Below, one piece after another: positions 17,832 through 25,772 of a DNA stretch of 62,817 nt. Positions within the stretch are counted from its first letter, which is position 1. Every line of letters begins with the position of its first letter. The position numbers were made by a program, and so were the translations under genes. Source of the stretch: a virus (lineage: Duplodnaviria; Caudoviricetes); IMG/VR virus record IMGVR_UViG_3300023184_000121, positions 1 through 62,817 of that record. One strand, written 5' to 3'. A model generated the notes under the pieces. The model was not told the DNA's origin. It did no database searches and saw only the letters and a program-made list of their open reading frames with translations.

Positions 17832-19790
17832 TTACTCGGCGCTTATTCCCACGCTTGATATTCCAGCTCCATTCCATCCGGGAACTTTTGCAGGATCGTA
17901 GTCCCGGAATTCGCGCAAGTTTGTTGGTTTTCCAGTTTTTTTGGCAATCGCTGCTTCTTTTGAAATCTCCTCTGCTTTTTTCAAAAGCTCAGCATATCCC
18001 GGATCAGTGCGCTTGAGTTTACTTAATTTCTCAGTAACTGTCTCAAGCTCCTCGGTGAGATATGCGGAAGTTCTCAATATCGGCCAAGGGTGTGGCCTTT
18101 CTTCAGGAAGTAAATTTGGATGTTTAGAATCCAAAATTCGATTGATGCCTTCTACCATTGGATTCAACCCTCTAGTCGTAAGGTTGTAAGAGTCATACAT
18201 GATGTCTCTCATCTCTTGAATTTGTTCTCTCCGTAAAAACCCCCTCCCGGCGTACTTCCACCAATTTCTCTGCACTTCTGCAAGAAGACCATCATAGGCA
18301 GTGGCGGCGGCATGATATTGCGCTTCAGTAGGCACTTTCCCAGCCGCAAATCGTACAAATTCATCCAAAACTGCAAGGTCAGCAGTCCCCGGAGATTTCG
18401 AGTGTCCTGAAAGAATTGAGTCAGCAGCAGCGTCAAACTGTTGCAAAATAGGCAACCTCAACTGCTGCATTCTTACAACTGCGTTTTGATTAAAAGCCTG
18501 CGCTCTTCTTGCTAGTGCGTTTTCTTTTTGAAGATCTAATTTAGCAATCTGATTCTGGTTTCTTTCCCAGAACTCTAACATTGAAATCTGCTTGGCGGCA
18601 TTTTGCTGAGTTACGTTGTTCCATTTAACTTCGTATTGCCCATTTTTCAACAATTTAGGAGCGCCATCAGGCTCGTACGCTGGGTTAATATTTCCCATTG
18701 TCCACTTTGCAATATACGTCTGCGCGTCCCTTAAAGAATTAAAATAGTTATCAGGAGGCAGTCCGGGATATTTGCCTCGAAACTGTTGCGCGATAGCGCC
18801 AAGATTTTGAGCGCCCGGGCCAAATTTTGGCTGCCCCATTTGGGCTACTGGACTGTCTGTATTTTCGGTCAACACGGACAATGGAGTATCCTGCTTAACA
18901 GAAGCGCCTCCCCTTGTTGGCGCCTGCTCGAGTGTTGCTCCCATACTACGGCGCTGAGGCATCCCGGCGCCCATCTGCGAAATCATCTGCGAGATTTGCG
19001 CTTGTTGGGTTGGGATTGGCATCCCGGGCAAAAGCTGAGTTGAGGTTGTGACTGGAAGCGCAGCTTGTGCCCACTGATCCATTGCTGGAGCAGTGGCAGG
19101 AGCGCGGCCTCTTAATAAAGTTGGATCAGGCAATTGAAGAGCCGGGCCAGATGCCGCATTTGGAGCCAAAGATACCGCTCCAAGACCCGGGGCAGCCCGC
19201 AGCACGCTATCTGGGATGTTTGGTGCAAGCGAAATCGCAGGCGCATTAGGGTCTAAAATAGACAGATCTTTTTGGGTGCGCCGCATCAAGGGAATTGGCT
19301 TATCTTCTTCGTTTAACCCATTTTCTTCCGCCCACTGTGCAAGACCTTCGTTGACTGCTTTTTTTTCATCGGCGGCGCCACTCGGGGGAGCGTTAAATAT
19401 GGGGCTGTTTGGATCGCCCACGGAAGCCATGTTTGCTGGAAGTGTCGCTTTTTTTCGAGCGTCAATAAGCTTCTTATGGAATTCAGCTTCCTCAAGTGCC
19501 TTATACCAATCCAAATTTGCCTTATCTTGCTTCCAAGCCTCTTCCTTCTTCTCCTGCTTAGATTTGATGTACTGTGCAGAAATGGTCGAGGCTGCCTTCT
19601 CAATTCCGCCAGCCACAAGCTCAGACTTCGAGGATGGCACATCCCAAGGTCGTCCGGCCTGAATGTTAATAGGCGACTGCAACCCGCCCGCGAATGACAA
19701 CGGCTTCAGCCCGGCAAGCGGCGCCAACTCGAGAGGAGTAAGGTTCAGCTCTGTTGGTTGAATGGTTATCCCACGGGGGTCGAAAGCCAT
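17832..19790 (-). CDS. Putative internal virion/ejection protein (~652 aa)
   Basis: Directly upstream of the giant protein; Pro/Ala/Gln-rich with a helical C-terminal half. Confidence 0.65.
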   Translation of the reverse strand: MAFDPRGITIQPTELNLTPLELAPLAGLKPLSFAGGLQSPINIQAGRPWDVPSSKSELVAGGIEKAASTISAQYIKSKQEKKEEAWKQDKANLDWYKALEEAEFHKKLIDARKKATLPANMASVGDPNSPIFNAPPSGAADEKKAVNEGLAQWAEENGLNEEDKPIPLMRRTQKDLSILDPNAPAISLAPNIPDSVLRAAPGLGAVSLAPNAASGPALQLPDPTLLRGRAPATAPAMDQWAQAALPVTTSTQLLPGMPIPTQQAQISQMISQMGAGMPQRRSMGATLEQAPTRGGASVKQDTPLSVLTENTDSPVAQMGQPKFGPGAQNLGAIAQQFRGKYPGLPPDNYFNSLRDAQTYIAKWTMGNINPAYEPDGAPKLLKNGQYEVKWNNVTQQNAAKQISMLEFWERNQNQIAKLDLQKENALARRAQAFNQNAVVRMQQLRLPILQQFDAAADSILSGHSKSPGTADLAVLDEFVRFAAGKVPTEAQYHAAATAYDGLLAEVQRNWWKYAGRGFLRREQIQEMRDIMYDSYNLTTRGLNPMVEGINRILDSKHPNLLPEERPHPWPILRTSAYLTEELETVTEKLSKLKRTDPGYAELLKKAEEISKEAAIAKKTGKPTNLREFRDYDPAKVPGWNGAGISSVGISAE

Positions 19791-19791
19791 A

Positions 19792-20310
19792 TTAAGAACC
19801 TCCAAATGTTGTATTTTGACCAGAGTTGATCACATTTGCGCCCATCGCTCTTGAACCACCAACAGGGGCGCCAGTATTAGGAGTAATAGCCGCCGCGTTT
19901 GTTGCGGCAATTGAGCCGCGCCCTCCGCCTCCAGCAAGCCCCTGCGATGCGTACTGCGCCTGCTGCGCCTGCGCCGGATTATACACGCTTCCGGCAGAGC
20001 CAGCGGCACCAGCCGAGTTTACGGAATTCAGCATCGATGTCTGAGCGTCCTCGGCGGCCTGTTGAGCGTTCATTGCCCCAAGCGAGCTAAGCGCAGCTTG
20101 CTGTCCTGCCTGCTGTTGTTGGTTGGCGGCAAGATCTTGCTGCGTGATCTGCTGCTGGCGAACCCGGGCCTGCTCTGCCCTAGCCGCCTCCTCTTGCTGC
20201 GCTTTCAGGGATGCCGCCGCTGCTTCCGCCGCCTTTTGAGACGCCTCTGCATTAGCCTGCGCTTGTCGCGCTGCTTCGCCAGTATTTCCGCCTCGTCCTC
20301 CTCCTCCCAT
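19792..20310 (-). CDS. Ala/Gln/Gly-rich ejection-type paralog 3 (MGGGG...TFGGS)
   Basis: Start re-called at MGGGG, 1 nt after the upstream stop; shares ITPNTGAPV and the terminal FGG motif with neighbours. Confidence 0.7.
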   Translation of the reverse strand: MGGGGRGGNTGEAARQAQANAEASQKAAEAAAASLKAQQEEAARAEQARVRQQQITQQDLAANQQQQAGQQAALSSLGAMNAQQAAEDAQTSMLNSVNSAGAAGSAGSVYNPAQAQQAQYASQGLAGGGGRGSIAATNAAAITPNTGAPVGGSRAMGANVINSGQNTTFGGS

Positions 20311-20311
20311 A

Positions 20312-20998
20312 TTATTTTGAACCTCCAAATTTTATGCCGGATAAATCAGGCATGGAAAAAGATGCATTTGACTGTGCCGTTGGGGCGCCTTGCACTGGCG
20401 CTCCTGTGTTTGGCGTAATTGAAGCGCCGTTAACAGAATTCATGGCATTCATTCGCCCTCCAGATCCGGGCATGGCGCCAGTCTTGGCGTAGGATGCTGC
20501 CGACGATGCGCCTTGGTCAAAGACTCCACCAGTCCCGCCAGATCCGGGAGAAACAATATTTGTACCAATAAGAGCGGAAGCGTCTTGTAGCTTCTGTTGG
20601 CTGTTTTGAGCAGAAAGCGCTTTCTGGGCCAGTGCGTTTCCTCCCTCAGCAAGAAGCCCAGCGGCCTGATCTTGTCGATTGATTTCTGCCTTTCTGTTTG
20701 CAGCATCTAACGCTTCCTGCGCGGCCTTTGCTTCTGCTTGCTGCCTCGCCAGTTGCTCCGCAAGGGCGTCGGCAACTTGTTTGGCGGAAGCAGCAGCGGC
20801 GTCGGCCTGCGCCTGCGCCTGCGCCTGCGCCTCGTCGGCGCCCTCATTCATCGAATTCTGGATAGCTGTAATTCCAGTTTCGGCTTTTAGTACCTCAAGA
20901 GGAGTTCTCGCGCTTGCAAGCTCATCAATCCCAGCAACTCGACCAATAACTCGAGTTGGGTAAGTTACAATACTTGCTAAACTCTTCCAGAATCCCAT
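20312..20998 (-). CDS. Ala/Gln-rich ejection-type paralog 2 (MGFW...KFGGSK)
   Basis: Coiled-coil AQ core, ITPNTGAPV, FSMPDLSGIKFGG. Confidence 0.7.
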   Translation of the reverse strand: MGFWKSLASIVTYPTRVIGRVAGIDELASARTPLEVLKAETGITAIQNSMNEGADEAQAQAQAQADAAAASAKQVADALAEQLARQQAEAKAAQEALDAANRKAEINRQDQAAGLLAEGGNALAQKALSAQNSQQKLQDASALIGTNIVSPGSGGTGGVFDQGASSAASYAKTGAMPGSGGRMNAMNSVNGASITPNTGAPVQGAPTAQSNASFSMPDLSGIKFGGSK

Positions 20999-20999
20999 A

Positions 21000-21479
21000 T
21001 TAGGCGCCTCCGAAAGTTAAGCCGGATGTGTTCGGCATAGAGAATTGATTGGCGGACTTTGCCGTGGTCATAGCCGGATTTTTACTCATCCCGGAGATGT
21101 TTGCGTCAGTCTTTGGAAGAGCGCTAGAAGCCATGTTCAGATTGGCTTTCTGGGCAGCCTGCTGCGCGTTGATGTCGTACGCCCCGCCGACTTGAGCGGC
21201 ACCTCCAGCGGCAGCCTGCTGCTGCAACGCCATAGAGGCAGCGGCGTCTTGAGACTTTTGGTATTGGTTCAGCATTCCAAGCGTCTGCTGCGCTTGGTAG
21301 GCGCCTTGGTTTGCTCCGGCAGACGCGGCGTTGTCTTGAGCCGTGGAAATTGCCTCCTTTTGAGCCTTGGCAGCATCTTCTCGGGCCTGAGCCTGAGCGG
21401 TCTCCATATTGGCAATCATTTTCAGCATCGGCCCATTGTCCGGCGCTGGCATCGAAATAACTCTAGTTCCTCCTCCCAT
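21000..21479 (-). CDS. Ala/Gln-rich ejection-type paralog 1 (MGGG...TFGGA)
   Basis: AQ core, FSMPNTSGLTFGG. Confidence 0.7.
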   Translation of the reverse strand: MGGGTRVISMPAPDNGPMLKMIANMETAQAQAREDAAKAQKEAISTAQDNAASAGANQGAYQAQQTLGMLNQYQKSQDAAASMALQQQAAAGGAAQVGGAYDINAQQAAQKANLNMASSALPKTDANISGMSKNPAMTTAKSANQFSMPNTSGLTFGGA

Positions 21480-21491
21480 AATTTTGTTGTG

Positions 21492-21995
21492 TTAGCTGAC
21501 ATCATCTACCCCGCCTAAAAGGCTAAAGTCGGGTTCTTTGTTTGGGTTTGAATTCTGTTTTTTCTTTTTTGCGGCATCGGCTGCTTGTCCTTGCTTCTTT
21601 GCCCCGTAAACAGAAAGCCCCACACTCACCGCATTGTTTACGCCCTTCTCAACCCCTTGAGCTACCTTTTCCGATCCTGAGCTTTCGATGTTCCAAGGAC
21701 GGTCTGCTTCAAACGTAAGCGCGGTATCGTCCGATGTTTGACCGCTATTTCTTGGGTCGGTATTAAGTTCTTTTGCAGGGGCGCTTGGGGCGCTTGGGGC
21801 GCTTGCGCTCCCGGATCCGGCATTGGCTCTAGAAAATGTTGCTGCTAGGTTTGCCCACTTCTGACCATTGGGATCTGCGGCGCCGCTATTGGCCCCCATC
21901 TCATCGATAACTTTATTCCGCCGAGCTTCTTGCTCAGACTGAAAGTCTGGCGAGCTTGACGCGCCTGATTTGGATGATTCGGTAGATCCTCCCAT
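21492..21995 (-). CDS. Low-complexity protein starting MGGS, partly paralogous to 17832-19790
   Basis: ATG 1 nt after the TfuA stop; RPWNIESSGSEKVAQGVEK resembles RPWDVPSSKSELVAGGIEK. Confidence 0.65.
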   Translation of the reverse strand: MGGSTESSKSGASSSPDFQSEQEARRNKVIDEMGANSGAADPNGQKWANLAATFSRANAGSGSASAPSAPSAPAKELNTDPRNSGQTSDDTALTFEADRPWNIESSGSEKVAQGVEKGVNNAVSVGLSVYGAKKQGQAADAAKKKKQNSNPNKEPDFSLLGGVDDVS

Positions 21996-21996
21996 A

Positions 21997-22998
21997 TTAT
22001 TTTTTGTTGAAGGCTTGAAATTGGATGGCAAGAGGGGCGACCTCGGAACCGCAAGTGGTTGAATTGAACCAGTCGAGCATATTTTGCCTTATTGCCTTCC
22101 TGATTGCAAACTTGTTCCACTCTTGGTCAGAAATTCCATTTATAGCCATCCAGTGCGCGGCAGATTCCGGGTCAAATATACCAAGACTGCTCCACATTTT
22201 AAACGATTGTTCCTGAATGTCTGAATCGGAAGCCACAACGCCCTGATTCATGGCCAACTCAGTCAGCGCGTAAAAATCAAACGCCTCGTCCTTTAAAATC
22301 GCCGTCTCCCATTTCCTTACCCCGTTCACAAGGGTGTCGTTTTTCAAAAGCGCCACAAACAAAGAGTTTAAAGCGTTTTCAGACGGTGCCGCCGGAATAC
22401 GAGGAGTTTCAATCATCGCCTTTAAGATTGCCTCCTCGGCGTCTATTTTCTTTTGATCGACGTACCAATCTCGAATCAATTCATGCTCTTGAACCCGGTG
22501 CTTAATCGCCGACCAATTCCGCTCCGGGTAGTAAATCTCGGCGCACTCTAAAACCGCTTTTTCGGCGCTTGTAATTGCTCCCTTTGCCTCGAGGGCAAGG
22601 CAGGTTGCCAAGATGTTAACGAGCGGCACAGAAGCTGGCTCGTAGTCGCCTTCAACGTCGGCGTGAGCAAGAGCAACATCAGCATCGTCTGTGCAGGTGC
22701 CGTCTTTGTACCATTCGGCAATTTTACCGTAGACCTCCATCCCATATCGCTCGCATTCAACGCCCCGGAGGGCGCCAAGCGAGGCAGCGCCAATAACCCG
22801 GACGCCCGCCTGAATAGCAAAAAGGATCTCCTTGTGCCAAGGGGCCAAGTGATGAGTGAAAAGACCGTCAATCAGCACGATTGTTTTAACGCCGTCCAAA
22901 ACAGCGGTCGCAATGTCGCCCTGTTGCGCCGGGGGATAGACCTCAGCTCCCGGCGGAATTTGAGCCCTTGTTGGGCCGATAAAAATCCTCACTTGCAC
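21997..22998 (-). CDS. tfuA: TfuA-like protein (YcaO partner in thioamidation)
   Basis: FIGPT, PPAQQGD, LIDGLF, PWHKEIL, GAASLGALR, GM...G-x-I...Y, DDADVA, VPLVNI: the full TfuA signature. Confidence 0.92.
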   Translation of the reverse strand: MQVRIFIGPTRAQIPPGAEVYPPAQQGDIATAVLDGVKTIVLIDGLFTHHLAPWHKEILFAIQAGVRVIGAASLGALRGVECERYGMEVYGKIAEWYKDGTCTDDADVALAHADVEGDYEPASVPLVNILATCLALEAKGAITSAEKAVLECAEIYYPERNWSAIKHRVQEHELIRDWYVDQKKIDAEEAILKAMIETPRIPAAPSENALNSLFVALLKNDTLVNGVRKWETAILKDEAFDFYALTELAMNQGVVASDSDIQEQSFKMWSSLGIFDPESAAHWMAINGISDQEWNKFAIRKAIRQNMLDWFNSTTCGSEVAPLAIQFQAFNKK

Positions 22999-24137
22999 CG
23001 TCCTTTCTTGCCAAACAAATGGCTATACCCGGCCAGTCCCGGGGCAAGAACTCGAACAACAGAGCACGGATACGGATGCTGAAATTCCTTGTAGTAAATT
23101 GATCCGAATCCGGCATCGGAAAGTCGCTGCTTCAAAACTTCAATATCCCCTGAAAATGTGTCTGTCGAACAGTCGCCGTGCATGGCGCTCGATACGACGT
23201 TTTTGCTCGAAAGGATTTTGGCGACGTTGTCAGAAGTGTCATTCTTTTTGTTTTCAACAAACATCTGGTGCGAGATGTCGTCCCTCGATCCAGACATCCA
23301 AACCACCCGCCCTTGGACAGCCTCACACAAGGCCCGGCATTGAGCGACCACAGGATCAAGGTGGGAGGCATAGCCCCGGTAGATCCCAGTCCCGCGCTCG
23401 GAGTCGTACAAATACGCCATGAATGTCGGAACTCCAATATCTCCAGTGCAGTCAAAGATGACTGGGAATATCCCCTTTTGACGCAACGCGCCAACAAGGC
23501 CAAGCAGTGTTGAGTTGGCAATTGTGTCCAGATCAACCCGTGGAGGCGGATCAGGAAGACTCATAGCGGCATCAACTTGATCGCGCTCAATAACCTCGTA
23601 AATCCCCCCGGCAAGCGCTTCGTCTAGCGAATTACCCGAAGATAGACCGTTGCTTGATGAAACGAAACACGAGTGAAAGAGAGGGAACACTGGCTGCCTC
23701 GGAACTAGCTGAACAACCTCAACTGGAACAAATGCGCTTTCCCCAAGAAGGCCGGAAACCGACGTCCACCTACGCTCGACCCTTGGGTCGTAAAAAGCGC
23801 CTCGCATTAACTGAAACCGGGTCTCGTGACCATCAAGGTCGGCGCCGGAAGCGCTGAATGCCGGGAGTTTCGCTGTTTCGCCAACGTGCCGCTCAAATCC
23901 TTCCATCACGGCACTCGCTCTGGCTGCCGATTTGGTTGCCCCCTTCCCGGAGTCTGCTGACAAATAAATAGCATCAGGCCGGATGCACTGGGAAACGTGA
24001 ATTCCAGAGCAATCAAGCCCGGTAATATCTGAAACCCGAGTGATCCCGGCGGCGAAATAAAAAGGACGCATCCGCTCGAGCGTTTCCTCCGGGGTGCAGG
24101 ATCTTTGCGCCCCGTCCAAGCGAAGCTTTATGCCCAT
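22989..24137 (-). CDS. ycaO: YcaO-family enzyme, TfuA-associated (thioamide-forming) type
   Basis: GITRVSDITGLD, SGKG...SAVMEGFER, SSNGLSSGN...EVIERD, RALCEAVQGR...SGSRDD, VVRVLAPGL. Confidence 0.93.
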   Translation of the reverse strand: MGIKLRLDGAQRSCTPEETLERMRPFYFAAGITRVSDITGLDCSGIHVSQCIRPDAIYLSADSGKGATKSAARASAVMEGFERHVGETAKLPAFSASGADLDGHETRFQLMRGAFYDPRVERRWTSVSGLLGESAFVPVEVVQLVPRQPVFPLFHSCFVSSSNGLSSGNSLDEALAGGIYEVIERDQVDAAMSLPDPPPRVDLDTIANSTLLGLVGALRQKGIFPVIFDCTGDIGVPTFMAYLYDSERGTGIYRGYASHLDPVVAQCRALCEAVQGRVVWMSGSRDDISHQMFVENKKNDTSDNVAKILSSKNVVSSAMHGDCSTDTFSGDIEVLKQRLSDAGFGSIYYKEFQHPYPCSVVRVLAPGLAGYSHLFGKKGRCK

Positions 24138-25141
24138 TTTCTTTCAAGGGAGCAGAGAACAACCTTGGATACCATTTTTGCAAGCGATGAAGACTCAACA
24201 ATCTCGGCGATTTTTTGTCCTTTCCTGCAATACCCAGAGATAAACCAATCTGGAGCAGATCTGAACATTGCCGCCCGAAATCTCTTCCATCTGTCTGTCT
24301 TGGTGCCAAATGTTGCCCGGGCAACCCAGCAAGCGGCAACAGCAGCGCCAACAGCAGATCCTCCCGCGCCAATCAGTGCCCCAGTGGAGGCGTTCTTTGA
24401 CTGGGCATTATTGGTAGCGTTCGTAAGCATTGCCTGCTGGTAGTTTTGCCAGTTCGAGTTGTGGGCGTTTACGGCGCCGCTCCCCGTCGCCATCAGTTGA
24501 TTGATCCAATCAGTCGTCGATTGTGCGTTGCCCTGAGCGGCTCCAAGAACCCCCGCCCGCTGAGCCTGCCTGCCTTGCATTGCCTGAGCCTGCTGTCCCT
24601 GCTGCATCTTTAGCAGCGTTCCGGCGTCAATTCCAACTGGCGCTTGCGGGTTTGCTGCAACGTAATTTTGAGCCTTTTGTTCTTGAGCGTTCCGAAACGC
24701 CTCTCCCTCCTGAGTAGCCGCATCAAAAAACGCAGAATCGCGCACTGTTCCAGATGCGCCTGAGCCTAGATAACGAGTGAGCCCAGTCTTTCGAGTCCAG
24801 TCGTCCATTCGCCTCTGGGCGCCGCCGTTTAAGTCCTCAGATATCATCTGGGGAATCTGACGGCGCATCTGCGCTAGTGCTGGGTTGTTTTGGTTCTCTA
24901 CCTGCGAGTTCCTGAATGCGTTAACAGCCGCCACTTGTCCGGCTTGATTTTGCAACCCTTGCTCGCCCCATATGTCCGGCTGCCATGATTCCGTGGGCAT
25001 CCCGGCGGCATACCCAAGCAACCTGTTTTGGTTTTGCAGATTCCCGATGCCAGCATTGGTCAACAAATTCATCTGAGCGATGCTCAGAGTGTCGTCTGGT
25101 GGGCGAATAGCATTGCCCGGGTCAACTGTTGTTCCTCCCAT
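24128..25141 (-). CDS. Putative ejection/pilot protein (MGGT start) with a C-terminal CWVAR / CFI-box-CTERM-like domain
   Basis: Gln/Ala/Asn-rich body, hydrophobic GALIGAGG segment, then CWVARATFG...WKRFR...PDWF...Y...G. Confidence 0.7.
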   Translation of the reverse strand: MGGTTVDPGNAIRPPDDTLSIAQMNLLTNAGIGNLQNQNRLLGYAAGMPTESWQPDIWGEQGLQNQAGQVAAVNAFRNSQVENQNNPALAQMRRQIPQMISEDLNGGAQRRMDDWTRKTGLTRYLGSGASGTVRDSAFFDAATQEGEAFRNAQEQKAQNYVAANPQAPVGIDAGTLLKMQQGQQAQAMQGRQAQRAGVLGAAQGNAQSTTDWINQLMATGSGAVNAHNSNWQNYQQAMLTNATNNAQSKNASTGALIGAGGSAVGAAVAACWVARATFGTKTDRWKRFRAAMFRSAPDWFISGYCRKGQKIAEIVESSSLAKMVSKVVLCSLERKWA

Positions 25142-25142
25142 A

Positions 25143-25529
25143 TTAAGCAGGTTTGTAAAGTTCTCTATGCAGTCTGACTAGACCAAGTTTCGACATGGTC
25201 TCTTCCGGGAAGTTTCCAAGCCCTCCTCGGTTGTCAAATGGTACTCCAAGGTGCCCGGGCTTTCCAGACAATTGCGTTGCCGCCTTCCAGTCTCGCATCA
25301 CGTCAATAACGTCTCGTGGAGTGGTAAATTCCGGGTGAAAGGCCGGGTAAACAACTGGGATGAAAATGTGATCGGAATACCCAAACAGCCTGCCTTCGCG
25401 AAAATGCGCGTACACATTTGTGTAAGCGTTTGGAACAATCTCGTGATCAAACGATTTGGCAAACTCTTGGATTTTGGAAAAATCCTCGGATCCCGGGGCG
25501 ACAAATTTGTAATCAATTGATGGTCTCAT
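25143..25529 (-). CDS. Hypothetical protein, possibly a gp13-like/GNAT-fold assembly factor
   Basis: 128 aa between nozzle and ejection genes; the fold guess is mostly positional. Confidence 0.45.
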   Translation of the reverse strand: MRPSIDYKFVAPGSEDFSKIQEFAKSFDHEIVPNAYTNVYAHFREGRLFGYSDHIFIPVVYPAFHPEFTTPRDVIDVMRDWKAATQLSGKPGHLGVPFDNRGGLGNFPEETMSKLGLVRLHRELYKPA

Positions 25530-25771
25530 GGAGTAATCGCAATGTCAGTTGAGTCGTATAACGGAGTCTGCAATCGAGTTGACGCATTTGCAATCAATCG
25601 CTGGCGCTCTGTCGCGTTTCCGCACGCGGAGCATGGCATACACTGAGTCCCGTTCCCAAGATTGATTGGAATAGACGAGTACAACGGAGACGCTCCGTCG
25701 TTGCCAAATGGCGAAATAAACAAATTTGGAAAAAATGTTATCTGCTCAGTTAAATCAGTGATGTTTGGCAT
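25526..25771 (-). CDS. Small Cys-containing structural-module protein
   Basis: CMPCSAC; coupled to both neighbours. Confidence 0.55.
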   Translation of the reverse strand: MPNITDLTEQITFFPNLFISPFGNDGASPLYSSIPINLGNGTQCMPCSACGNATERQRLIANASTRLQTPLYDSTDIAITP

Positions 25772-25772
25772 T

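Noticed and set aside
21997-24137. Classical secreted RiPP (thioamitide) cluster
   Set aside because: No short leader-core precursor, transporter, protease or tailoring enzymes nearby; context is virion genes, so a protein-substrate model is preferred.
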